Source: Vitrella brassicaformis CCMP3155 (lineage: Eukaryota > Protista > Chromerida). From it: a stretch of DNA of 64,000 nt. The stretch spans positions 62,020 through 126,019 of the forward strand of contig CDMY01000313.1 in NCBI GenBank assembly GCA_001179505.1, given 5' to 3'. Of this stretch, positions 23,814-36,192 are shown one piece after another. Position numbers and translations under genes: made by a program. Under the pieces are notes generated by a model. That model made no database searches. It had not been told where the DNA came from and saw nothing but the letters and a program-made list of their open reading frames with translations. Every line of letters begins with the position of its first letter. Positions within the stretch are counted from its first letter, which is position 1.

Positions 23814-25221
23814 TCAAAAACACGGGTCGCACACGTATGATCCATCGTGGCATACCACCGATTGCCGCCCTCCCCCTCCCTCGCCCTCTCCCGTCTGTCT
23901 GACCCCCTCCCTGCGCTCAGCTGCTGTCGACGAGAGCACCTGCCACACCTCCACCTCTATGGCATTGCCGTTCATGGTGCTCGCCAGAGTGCCGCAGCCG
24001 CGCCGGTTCACCTCCCCACGGTAAGACTCTGGGAGGTGCTCGCCGCCGATGTACTGATGCATGCTCCGCACATCGTTTGTCGGCCCCGGCAGCCCCCACC
24101 CGAGCCACAGATAGCCCCGCCCGAGACACAGCTTGCCCCGGCAGTCGCTGAGGTCGCTCTTGATGGATGCGTGGTCTCCAGCCACGTTTATCAGCCGCCG
24201 TTCTGGCGGCACGGCGATCTTGATTGGCGTGTCGAAAGCGCCTCTGAGGGCGAAGAACCAGAGGTGGCACCTGTACTGGCCTGTGCATCTGTTGGTCCGG
24301 GGTGGCTGCTTGATGGCGGCCTCCATATAGCAGCCGAATAGGTGGCAGTCCTGCCGGATGAGCAGCAGCAGGGGAGACGCACTACCGACTCGCCTGAGCA
24401 TGTCCGTGACCGTAAAGCCGTCGCGACTGCCCCTGCACAGAAGAAACAGGCAGGAGGAAAGAGGCAGGGGCATGGCATCTAGGCTCCTTGATATGATGGC
24501 CCGCTGCGCATCCCCCCACCCCACGCACCTGTACAATAGCTTGATGGACTGCCCATGTCCGATCCACTTGCGCAAAGCGAGCAGCTCATCCTCAGTCAAC
24601 GATATAAGACTCGGAAACTGCAGCCACACGCCAACACAGACAATACACCAGACATGATGAGTAGGCCATGGATGGATGGATGGGCTGGCCGCATACCGTG
24701 AGTGTGGCGTCATGTGGTGTCACCTCCCTCTCGACAGCAAGGGCCTGCAGCCTCTGGTCGCTGTCGCTCTGCGCTGCCTTGACAGAGGCACCCAGGCTGG
24801 CCAGATCCCGACGGAGCGATTGGTGCCACTGACGGTCGAAGATCAAACGCCAGAGATGAGAATGAGGCAGACAGCATGGTGGTAATGGTTGTGCTGTGCT
24901 CACCTTGTGAATGAGAAGTCCGCCGAAGAGCAGCACGGTGAGAGGGACCGTCCAGGCAACCTCCTGCAGTGCACAAACACAGCACCACACCAAGCAAATC
25001 ATCTCTCCCGATGCGCCTTTCCCACCTTGCCTCACCTTTCCATTGATGGTCTCTCCCAATGTTTTCCACCAGTGATTGCCTCCCGCAGCACGATGGTGGA
25101 CACCCTTGATGATGCGTATGCCCTGACCTCGCTCTGGATTCGGCACCGCAGATCTCAGCACATGACTGAAGCTCTTGACGATGAACGGCGGCAATACCAA
25201 TGGGACGAAGAAGAAGGGCAT
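23814..25221 (-). CDS. TLDc-domain protein with an N-terminal hydrophobic (TM-like) segment and a short coiled coil
   Basis: LTEDELLALRKWIGHGQSIKLLYR|GSRDGF...LLLIRQDCHLFGCY...FFAL...AIEVEVWQV matches the TLDc consensus; upstream exons give WTVPLTVLLFGGLLIHK and LRRDLASLGASVKAAQSDSDQRLQALAVERE. Confidence 0.85.
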
Positions 25222-25625
25222 CTGGCCATTCAGGCGACGCACAGCTAAGGTCTATCACGACAGATCTGTCACCTTTGCGAGCTTGAAATATAGTCGAAGC
25301 GAAGGGTGAATCCCAAGGGTGCAGCCGTCGAAGGGTGCTTTGCGCGGCCAGGCTTGCAAATCGAACAGGGAGAATGGAAAACACGTGCATGCATTCATAA
25401 CAATGACATGGGTGTGGATCTATGGCACTCAGTCGAGTGGTGTGAGCCTCTCATCCCCCACTACCTGCTCACTGCTCTTGTCACTCGGGCGAACCCACAG
25501 ATGGCGACCCACCGCACAGCAGTGTTTGTCTCAAAAGGCGGCCAGCCGAGCATTCGGTCGGCAGTCTGTCTGTACACTGACTAGCTATTCACACTGGCAA
25601 GTAACAATCTTTCCCTCCCCCCTCC

Positions 25626-26574
25626 TCAGTCCCTCCATCCCTCCTCATCGTCGAGCCCCATGTCCTCCTCGTCATCGCTGTCGTCCAGCGGCCACATGTC
25701 CATCGTGACTGTCAACTGGTGCTCGGCCGGCCGGACTGCCAGGTCCTCGATCGACGAGCCCTGCTCATCGAACCGCCGGTAGGTGATCGGAAAGCGCACC
25801 TCCATGCCGTACTCGGCCATGTCCTCGCGCACACGGCTCTGGCGGAACAGCGGATCGAGCTGGCGCTCGACTTCGCGAGCGTGGGTAGGGGTGGTGAAGA
25901 TGTCTGCCCGCTCGTTGAGCTTGAAGGTAGCGTGTTTGGGCCGCAGCTCGTGGACGAGGCGGAAGAGGTCCCGCAGCCGCTCGGGGACGCTCTCGGCCGT
26001 CGCGTTGTTGATGTCCTCGAGGCTGCCCGTCATGCTCAAGTCGATGGGTCTGGTCTCGATGGTGAGCTCTTGCACTCTAGGGTACTGGCGGGTGGTCTGG
26101 GGTGACGGGAAGGCGATCGGGGCGGCCGCCTTGGTATGGGGCTGGGTGAAAAACAGCGGCTCGCTATATGCCATCTCCAGCTTCTGATCGGCACACACAC
26201 AATGCGGGATGGACTGATAAGGCTCGATATCTTGATGCATGGCTTGGACGGCACCACCACATGTACCTTGAGCGGCTTTGGTTTGATGCCCTGCTGGATG
26301 TATGCGAGCGCCTCAGAGGCCACGACGCCGCTGACCGTAGACGTCCACGTCTTGTCCGCTTCAAACGACCGGAGGTACACGTGTGTGAGGGCGGGGAGGG
26401 ACGAAAGGAGGCGCGACAGTCGGTTGGGCGTGGCGGGAGGGATGAGGTACTCGGGGTCACACGTCGGAATATGAGGCTTGTAACCCTCGTCCACCAGGTA
26501 GAGCTCCGTCACGTTACTGAATCGACACATCCACACACATCCACAGCGAGATTACGCGAAGCGTCTTTGTTGCG

Positions 26575-26606
<32 letters not shown>

Positions 26607-28043
26607 CTGTCTCTCTGTCTCTCACCAGAGTGATTTGAGCGTGCCCACCTCGGTCAGCCACTGTGGGATGCCGTTGAAGGACTCGGCATCGACATCGTGG
26701 GTGCAAATGGCGAGCTCGACCTCCAGGCGCCTGGCGTTGTTCAGCCGGATGCCGCTGAAGTGCGGGCTGGTGGGGGTGCCAGATCGGCCATCATTATCCA
26801 TCAGTGACACGGTATCGCTCCCTCCCGCGTGCCGTTTGACGGTCTCCACCCATGTGAGGGTCTCGGCAGTCGGCGGGCCCTCTGTGCTCTCACCGCCGCA
26901 CTCGATCCATGTCACACCTCCTTGCCGTACCACTCCCCATCCCATCTGCTCAGCCGCCTGAATCATCCCCACCGAGCCTTCATCACTCCAGTCGGGTGGA
27001 TCGGCCGGGTCACGGACGATGTCAAGGGGGCAGTGGATCTTCACCTGGCGCTTGGTGGCGGCCCCCGACGGAGAGGGAGAGGGAGAGCGGGAGTTCGCCG
27101 CACCGCCGCTGCTGGGCGTCAGCTGCCGCAGCAGCGTCACCAGCTTGCTGGTCTCCGTGTCGCTGCCACACAGCTTGAGGTGGCCGACGTGGCGCAGATT
27201 CTTGAGCGATGAGAGGGCAGCGGTGGTGAGGGGTACGACGGATTCAGCCGCCCCTCTGTAGGAGCACAGCAGTGGGAAGATGTCCAGGTGGCTGAGGGCG
27301 GGGGACGAGCCGAAGATGAACGCCAAACTGCGATCGAATGCAATGCGCATGGATGCCCACTTGCCGCCCATCTTGTCCGTGATACGGTTTGTCTCGTCCG
27401 CGGAGAGCACCTGGCCGGTGAGGCGGTCGAGCGCTGGGCAGACGAGTTTCTGCTGCTGGAAGAGATGGAATCCGTCGAGGCTGTCCACCTCAACCGACCG
27501 GACCGGCGGAAACACCGCATTGGGCCCCTTGACCTGCGCCACCGGCTGGCCACTTGCCGTGTCCTCAGACCCTTCGCCCTCATCCGCATCACGATCCTCA
27601 TCACCGTGTTCATCTCGCTGCTGCTTGGCTTGTGTCGTCTGGATGGCCTTGAGCGTGTCGGTGTGGTTGACCAGCTGCAGGGAGACGAAGGCGAACAGCC
27701 GCGCCCGGCCGATCTCCTCGACCTCCTCCTCTCTGGGCAGCAGGATGATGGCGTGCTGCTGCTGCTCGAACGTCACCAGGCTGCCGCGTGGTCCCCTGCA
27801 GCTGAGGCCGTGGTTGGGGCGGTGCCAGTTGATGACCCGGATCAGCGAGTAGATGGCCCAGTAGAAGGCCCGACAGACACAGCTCATCGCCAGGCGCTCC
27901 TTGACGGACTGATACGATGACACGTTGAGCCAGATGAGCCCATCCAGAAGGCTCGTGAGGCTCTTCGACGCGGCGCGGTTGGATGAGTCATCGCTCTGGG
28001 CCGGAGCGGCTGTGCGAGGTGCTTTGGCTGGCGGGCCGTCCAT
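25626..28043 (-). CDS. F-box-like protein, paralog 1 (3 exons)
   Basis: N-terminal LLDGLIWLNVSSYQSVKERLAMSCVCRAFYWAI resembles an F-box; LRR-like pieces (CPALDRLT, SPALSHLDI, LKNLRHVGHLKL, FSNVTELYL); acidic C-terminus DDSDDEEDMGLDDEEGWRD. Long ORFs 26622-28061 and 25626-26240; paralog at 51547-53982. Confidence 0.6.
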
Positions 28044-28400
28044 CGCCCAGCAGACACACACCAGAGATCAGCTACGCTCAGCTATGCTGCTACAGCTTCC
28101 TGCAGGTCCACACATACAGATGCAAACACAGGAAGATGCCATGCCGTCTGTCGTGCTGTTTCCCACCAGCCCGCTTACAGTTCTTGCGATGAATGGACGG
28201 CTGCAAGACCCTCTCGTCCATCTTGGCCATCTATGCCCTCTGGGGGCCGTCGGCGTCGGTGCAAGATCATGTCACTCATGTTTGTCGGAATTTGAGGGTG
28301 CACTACCACAGGAACACCTTACCAAACAGTGTCGTGCTCGCGGCTCCTTTCGCCTCCTCCTTCGGTGTGCGAGCTTGAAGCCAGCAGATCTCTGCGAAAA

Positions 28401-30230
28401 ATGCGAGAAGCAGACAGAATGGCACCACGCAACGCCCGGCGGCGGTCTGTCTGTGCTCTTTTCGTCTGTGCATATCTATCCAACGCTCTGAGGCTAAGGC
28501 GGGATGGTGCTGAAGAGAGGAGGGTGGCCTTCACGCCTGCTTTCGGCGTCAGGAGGAGGACGGCAACGCCATCCTCGAGGACACAGAACTTCTTGCGCAT
28601 GGAGAGCGATGGGTGAGCAAGCAGATCTATGTGTGCTCCTGTCACTGCGTGGTTCTCTCCGGATGTGTGTGTGTGCGTGGCTTTGCAGTGGCGGTCGTCG
28701 TTCCAACGCTCACGACACGCTTGTGTCGGCTCTCAGCGCCGACGGCGGCATCGTTGTCAGGGTACGATATGTCATAGGATGAAGCAAACACAGCTTTCAG
28801 CCAGCCAGCGTGTGTGTGACATGTAGGCTGTGAGTGCCCGCAATTTAGTCCAGGATGCCCTCATTCGTCTGCAGCTGTGAGCGCAACGAGAGCACCAGGA
28901 TAGGCTGGGACGACTTGCCTGTCTGTTGTGCGTTGTGGTGTGGTGTGTTCAGGTCACCCGTCCCCGCACAGGCGTTGGGAGAAGTGGCTGTCTGCAACCT
29001 TTTGCTGGCATCCGGCCTTAAGGACAGGGAACAGCTGCAGCTTACAATCGCTGGTGGGCACAGGCAGACAGACAAGGCAGACAGGATGGCGTATGGTGTA
29101 GTGATGCGTTCGGCATGCAGGCAACGGGCCCATCAGCGGCATCACGTCAATCGCTGACGGCCACGGGGACGTCAAGGCAATGCTGCAGGGGGATAGAAAG
29201 TTTACCGGACAACAAGACGGTGAGCAACCCCACAAGCACCAACCAGGACAAGGATGCCTCTCATACGGCCCCATTTGTGCAGCGAGCGGCTCTCGCGAGA
29301 AGAGCATCCGGCGGGGCATCGGTAGGGGTCAGATCCAGCTGGTGCGCAGCCATCCTGACTGGATACAGCCCTTCCAGTCCATCACAGAGATTCGCAACGT
29401 CAGCATACCCATCAATGTGGCCTTCGCACTGCTCGAGACCGAGCAGCGGACTTCTGCCATTGACGCGGGCGTGGAGGTCAGCGGGGCGCTGGTGCAGGCT
29501 GCTGCTGGGTACTATGTTGAGAGGCTGCCGGACGCGTCAGAGGAGACTTTGCAAAGAGTGGAAGAGAACCTGAAGGTGATGATGCGCACACACGGGCACA
29601 CACACTCATCTGGTGCATGTGTGTGTGTGTGTGTGTGTGGTCAGGGGTTGAAGAACGATTCCCTCTCAACACTGTTCCGAAGCGGCCTCACGGCGCCCGA
29701 CCTGGTTGACAGGATCCTTGAAGGCGTCGGCGTAATGCACGGCACCTACTCGACTGGCGCGCCGTCATACAAGTGCTCATGCTCACCGGAGCGGTTCCTC
29801 TACCGATTAAAGGCGCTTCCGCGCCCCGAGCTGGAGCAGATCATCCTCAAACAGGAGATCCTCGAGATGACGTGCGCTTTCTGTGGGGAGGTGAGCCATG
29901 ACCCACACAGCACAGCACAGCACACCCTCCCTCCCTCCCTCTGTATGTCTCTTGACTACTGGCCGACCGTCATGTGTGTGGTGTCTGCAGGTCTACCACA
30001 TCTCATGGGATCGTGTGAGGAAGCTACTCGACATCAGCGAGCAGGAGAACGAGTTATGGAGAGAGGAGGCCCCCCCACTCGCCAACGGCACCATCAGCCC
30101 ACGGCCTTCGCCGTCGTCCGAGGCGTCGTCAGCGATAGCCTCGTCGCTGCGGCTTGCATCGCTCAACAGAGAGAGGGAGGAGCAGGGGAGGCTGGGGGGC
30201 GGGGGGGATGGTGCTGATGACACGGCGTAG
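28401..30230 (+). CDS. hslO: Hsp33 redox-regulated chaperone (HslO family), probably plastid-targeted, multi-exon
   Basis: DTLVSALSADGGIVVR|AVSARNLVQDALIRLQL|SPVPAQALGEVAVCNLLLASGLKDREQLQLTI...AAAGYYVERLPDAS...YKCSCSPERF...LEMTCAFCGEVY with the CxC/CxxC zinc centre; the leader SVCALFVCAYLSNA...RVAFTPAF looks like signal plus transit peptide. Confidence 0.92.
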
Positions 30231-31372
30231 GTGGAGAGGTCGATGGGTGTGCGCCTGGGAATGAAGCGAGAGACTTGTCGAGGTCGGTTTTTCGGTGGAT
30301 GTGTGTGGTGTGTGCGAGGCACGCTTGTCTTGTGTGGGGAGTGATGAGAACCTTTTGTGTGAGTGAGAAGAGACCTGGTGCCTTTCTCCATAGATCATGG
30401 TTACACACGGACAAGACAAGACGAGTCGAATTGCAGCACACACACACACACAGAGAGACAGACATGCCAACACAGGGGGCCAATGGCCGGCAGTTCGGGA
30501 CGAATTAAAGCACGTCTGGACTCACTCAACGAACAAACCTGACACACACACCACACACACTCACACACACAGCCGTGCACTGAATGGATGAATTGTTCTC
30601 GCACCAACCATCATACACACAACAGGGCGGGCACAAACATGACTTCCGTTGAAGTGCTCTTGTCAAGGCTAGGCAAAGCAAGGCAAGGCAAGATAGCTCT
30701 TGCCCATGGCATCATGGTGTGGGTGGGGGTCTATCCGTCTTACAGACGCCGCCCGACGCGACGTGCAGGGCCATCCTGCAATGTGGCAAATGGTCCTGCA
30801 CATCACAGCAAGCGACCTCAGCAAACCGGACAAAAACACCCCACAACGAAGGGAGGATCGCAGGCACCCATACAGGAGAGTGAGGTAAGCAAGAAGCATG
30901 GGTGCGGTGCATCGTACACGCAACCGCCGCTTGATGTGATCCACGCATCCATCAATCGCTGTGGTAAATCAAATCGCGAGGGAGGGAGGACGGTGCTGGT
31001 ATGTGGGCAGCCTCCCCCGAGACGGGCCTCTTCCACACATCGCCATGTGCGAAAGATAAGCGTCTCGGTGAGGCCAACTACACACCGACACCATTCCCCC
31101 CCATCACATTTGCACGACTGCACGCCAACCACTTGTTACACATCTAGCCGCGACACATGATCTCACTCACAACGGGGCAAACACAAGACGTCAGGCCACC
31201 AATAAGCGACATGATGCCAGCCAAACAAGCACCCACACATACATACAAGTTGGTAGTGTTACATACAACGTGCAGCACCAGGCAGCGCAGCTACGTCCGT
31301 CCGTCTGCCTGTCTGTCTGTCTGTCTGTCTGTCTACGCCCTCCATCTGTCTGTCTGCTCTGTCTAAGTCTAT

Positions 31373-34300
31373 CTACTGGTTGTTGATGATGATGAGCCGG
31401 ATCTTGCGCCAATCGAAGAGAGCCAGGCTCTGCGAACGGGAGAAGATGATGCCCTGACACACACGTAGACACACACACACACACACACACACACAATGGA
31501 CGAATGAGCATCCCCCCCCATCTCTCTCTCCCTCCCTCTGTGTGCGTGATGCACTCACCCACATATACGATGTGAACCACAGGGCGGTGTAAGCGTTCTG
31601 CTGGTAGTTGCGGATGATGATTGGGTGGGGCACGGGCAGCAGCCCCACCATGGTGGTCTTCTGCAGGTAAGACAGCACCTCCGTCTGGTCGGTCAAACCC
31701 TTCTCCTGACACAAATCCTCAACCTATCTCACACACACAGCCATTCTCTCTGTGGATTGATGGGTGGCTGGCTGGATGGATGGATAGATACTTGTGGCAG
31801 CAGGCACTGGATCAGTCGCGAGATGGTCTGGAGCGGCAGCTTGGACTTCCAGTCGTTGAACCACTCGGGCGTGGGCTGCCACTGAGACAGACACACACAC
31901 ACACACACACACAGAGACAGACAGACAGACAAACACCATGCGGAAACGGCCAACCGTGCCCCCAGCCACTCTGCTCGCACACCTCGTTTGTAGGTGCTCC
32001 CTCTTCACGTGGAGGGGTCTGGCCCGACGCACCAGCCGACGTGTGATCGCCCGGATCTACACACACAGCACACACACAGACGGGTCGGTCTCCTTCCATC
32101 GTCACCCATCCACCCACCGGCCCACCCACCTGATTGCGGCACACCGTTCCTCGGCGCCTCCCCATTGGCCACAACACCACCACCACCACCGCCACCACCA
32201 CCGCCGCCACCAGCGGCGGTCTGCTGCTGCTGTGACGATGGCGTCGGCGTGGCCCCGGCCACTCCGTTGACCTCTCCGCCTACGACGGCGCCTTCTCCCC
32301 CCTCCCCCCCTTCGGTGGCCTGCGACGAGGCCTTCTTGAGGAGCTTGGTGGGGAATGAGAGGTTCTGGAGATTCATGAAGGTGTCCTTCTGACGCAGGAT
32401 GGCGTAGACGAGCTTCTGGTTGCCCTGCATTGCGTGTATGGGAACGGAGAGAGACGCTTCACGTGTGTGGAGGGCTGGTGTGTCTGGGCATGTGGCTTGC
32501 CTCGTATTGGTATTGGATGAGGTTGTTGAAGGTGTCGAGGAGGAAGAACAGGTCGTGGTAGTGATACGGCGCCTGCAGGGCAGACACACAGATCGCAATG
32601 CATGGTTCTGTGTGTCTGCGATTGATTCTGCGTTCGTGTCTGTGGTGACCTTGAACAGCCACTGCGGTTTGCTAAACCGGTCAAGCAGCCGCAGCAGCTG
32701 GATGCAGCTCTCTAGACAAAACCCCTTGATGTAGGCAGATCTACACCGCACACACACACACACACAAAAGACAGACACACCACATGGTCTCCCACCTGGC
32801 CAACCCACCCCTCAGCCCACTCACATGTTGCACATGACGGTAAGCAGCATGTCGATGAGGGCATCGTTCGTGGGAGACGTCTTCTGACACAGCCCCCCAC
32901 ACACAGACAGACAGAGAGACAGACAGAGACAAAAGGGCCAACCATAGCACGCCACAAGGGACCACACCGAGCCCATGTCCTGGATGCGCCCACCGAGCTG
33001 TCGACGACCACTCTGTGGATGACGAGCACCAGCAGGTCGGCGTGACACCCCTGGAACAGAGGAATGTCCAGTGGCAACTTCTCCAAAAAAACCTCGTTCA
33101 GCCGAACCGCGAAGTCACGCTCTGCATGTATGTGAGTGTCCCGAAACACACAGACACAGACACAGAGACACAGACACACATGTGCACCGGCGCATGAAGG
33201 GGGAAAGGTCAGCGAGTGCACACCTGAGCTGAGGACGAGCAGGATGAACGAGCACATGTGCAGGAGGCCCACTTTGGAGGGGCCCCCCTGTGTGTCGGCT
33301 CTGCTGAGGTGCGAGTCCAGCAGCAGGAAGACCAGCGGCACCAGCAGCTTGTTGGAGTTGAGACGGCTTGTGATGCGCCGCAAAAACGTCTGCACACAGG
33401 AAACGGCATGCGGCCGAAAGATGTATGTGTGTGTCTGGTGTGCGTGTGGGTATGGGCACACAGACGGACCGGGTTGGCAGTGATGAGGTGCCAGAGAAGG
33501 ATGAGGGCCTCTTGGTGGAATGGCACCTGTCCCACACACAAGGCAAGGAAGAATGTGACAACACTCTGTGCTGTGCTGTGCTGTGCTGTGCTGTGATTGC
33601 GTCACATTGCTCACCGCCTTGACAGAGTTTGGCAGGTAAGTGTTCCTGGACTGGTGGACCGTGTTGAGGATGCGCACCATGCCGTCGAAGATGAGGTCGA
33701 TCTCGCTGTCCTTCTTGATGCCTGACACACACATACACACACACACACCCAGACACCCCGATGGATGCATGTGTGTGTGTCGTCCGGCCTTCTTCCGCCG
33801 AAGCGGAGTACCTGCCAGCATAGTGCGGTAGACGTTCCTCACATTCCTCTCCAGGCTGCCGTCTTGAACCTCCTCATCTACACACACGCACACGACACAC
33901 ACATGGTGCACACACAGTTGCCCGTGTTGTTTCCCGTGGTGAGGGCGTGGCGTACATGTGATGTGTGCGGCTCCGTTCTGGTCGCCACTGCTGGTGGCGG
34001 CGTGTGACGGGGTCTGCGGTGCGGGTGCGTGGGGGTCCACTGATGTGGACGACATCTGGTTGGGCGGGGCCATGCCCGTGTTGATGCCTGTGCACACACA
34101 CACAGAGACACACACACACACAGAGATGAGGCGAGAAACCCCCCATTGTCTGTGTGTGTAGGGGGGAGCGGAGCTACCTTGTGCGTCTTGTAGGAAGACC
34201 TGAGGGTTGAAGTCCATGAGCACATTGAGCACCTGCAGTGAGGTGTTGACGAGGTCCTCCTCCTCAGTGCCGGACAACAGGCTCGTGTACGGCAGCCCCT

Positions 34301-34922
34301 GAGTGATTGATGCACCATCAGAGGGGGAGAGAGGGAGAGGGAGAGGGAGAGGGAGAGGGAGAGATGGCGGGACTTTCCTCCCTCCATCTGAAGGGGCTGC
34401 TTACGTATCCGAGTGAGCTTACATAGCCTGAAGGATTGTAGGTGAACACAGTGCTCATCAACGAACAAAACAGATTGGCTGCAGGGAGGACAGAGAGCAC
34501 ACAAAACCCTCAATGCCATGTGCAGCAGATCCATTCACCCGCCACCCACAGCACCCCACTCACCAGTGTAAGGGAGGTCTCCTGCAGTGAAACTCCTCAG
34601 CCACGGGGGCAGTATCTGCTGGTACTCGTCGATGGTCTGGTACAGCGGCCCGCTCAGACACATGAGCAGACAACGCAACACCTGCACACCCACAAATAGC
34701 CCGTGCAAACACACACCTTGACGCACACAGCGCAAGTCTGCTGAGTGAGTGCTCAGGTGGTTTGGCTGACCTCCGTGCGTGTCTTGTAGATCTGCGCCGA
34801 CGAGACGACGGGGAGCTCCTTGGCGGTGCCGATGCCGCCCTTCCAGATGAAGCGTGTATCCACCTTGTGCTTCGGCAGTGGCTGCACAACACGCCCACAC
34901 ACACACATGGCCATCTTCCTCG

Positions 34923-34953
<31 letters not shown>

Positions 34954-35983
34954 CGTCTGTGTGTGTGCGTCTGTGTGTGTTACTTCGGTTTCTCCGATCA
35001 TGACGCCGGGCGCAACGCAGCAGAGGTTCTTTAGGAACAGGAACCGCATCAAACCCGACAGCAGCTGAAACAGACAACACAACAAACACGACACAACAGA
35101 CAGACAGGACACATTGGCCTTGTTGCGCTATCCCTCCTGCCGTCCTTTGCTGTTATACCTCGTTTCCGATGATCATGTTGGGGTCTTCGGGAGCCTTGGC
35201 GGGGCCCTTCTCGCCTCCCTCCTGTCACCCACACAGACAGGGAGTGTGTCATTCGTGTGCCAGTACCCAGGCCGTCCGCTCCTTACATCTGCCGTGGCCG
35301 CTCTATCGGCAGCAGCAGGGGCGTCTTGTGTGGTGGTCGCCTTGTAGCCTCCCGGCGTCCAGAAGAGGGTGTGCACAAACTCTGAACACGCCCACACGCC
35401 ACACCCCCGTTGACAAAAGACGAGGTGCTGGTCTTGGTCTTGGTCTTGATGAGATGCATACCGTCGTTTAGGTCTTCGAGCATGAAAGGCATGAGCCTGG
35501 TGAGCAGCCGCACGCAGCTGACGGCCACCGTCACGAGGTTGCCGGGCAGCGCGCTCGTGCTGCCCACGTGGTTCACCTCCCGCATCATCTCAACTAGCTG
35601 ATGGACGGATGGATGCACTCAGACATCAACAGAGGGGTGCCTGCCTTCCTGCCTGCCTGCCTGCCAGCATATGTGTGTTCCTGTGGCGTGGCGCATCTAT
35701 CCACCTTTCGGAAGAGGCACGCTGTGTTGTGCGGCTTCTCGGCCTTCATCTTCCGCACGTCGTCGGGGTTGATCAGCTCAAACACGTCGTCGATGCCGAT
35801 GCTCGCGCCGAACAGACCCTTCCAAAACTGCAACCGCCCACACACACACACGCGGAGGGCCCGTGGTGCACACTGACAGATCTGGCCAGATCTCCGCACC
35901 TCGTCATCGTCGTATGAGACGTCCTCCGAGACCAGCTTGTCCACGTGGTCCCGGAACACGGCGCGGCTGTCCGAGTTCCCCAT
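31373..35983 (-). CDS. HID1: HID1 / Ecm30 family Golgi/TGN protein, many exons
   Basis: Myristoylation-type start MGNSDSRAVFRDHVDKL; FWKGLF...DDVFELINPDDVRKM...NTACLF; CVRLLTRLMPFMLED; HMCSFILLVLSSERDFAVRLN; PTPEWFNDWKSKLPLQTISRLI; TMVGLLPVPHPIIIRNYQQN. Confidence 0.92.
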
Positions 35984-36192
35984 CGAGACGAACGAACGAA
36001 CCGCCGCTCACGAAGCAAGTTCTACAAGCCGTGCGTCAACAGCACCGAGCAAAGATCTGCTTCGGCACGGTGCCCCGGACGTTAGTGCCCCGCGCACAAA
36101 GCGCAGCTTTGCTGGCGAAAAGCTCGCCAAAAAGCGCGCGTCTCGACTTCTGCGCATCCGCGCCTTCTCGCCGTCCCTTCTCCGGCACTACG

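Noticed and set aside
3302-25221. Functional link between the H+-PPase and TLDc genes through organelle acidification
   Set aside because: TLDc proteins are known to bind V-ATPase, not PPase; the genes are 17 kb apart and TLDc genes are numerous.
25306-25584. Small plus-strand ORF open in both F-box flanks (also 51266-51502)
   Set aside because: Most differences between the copies are non-synonymous and a 1-nt indel shifts the frame, so it is not under coding constraint. Kept only as a conserved non-coding segment.
30230-31372. 190-aa ORF 30588-31160
   Set aside because: No domain, no splice support or paralog; lies between the convergent 3' ends of Hsp33 and HID1.
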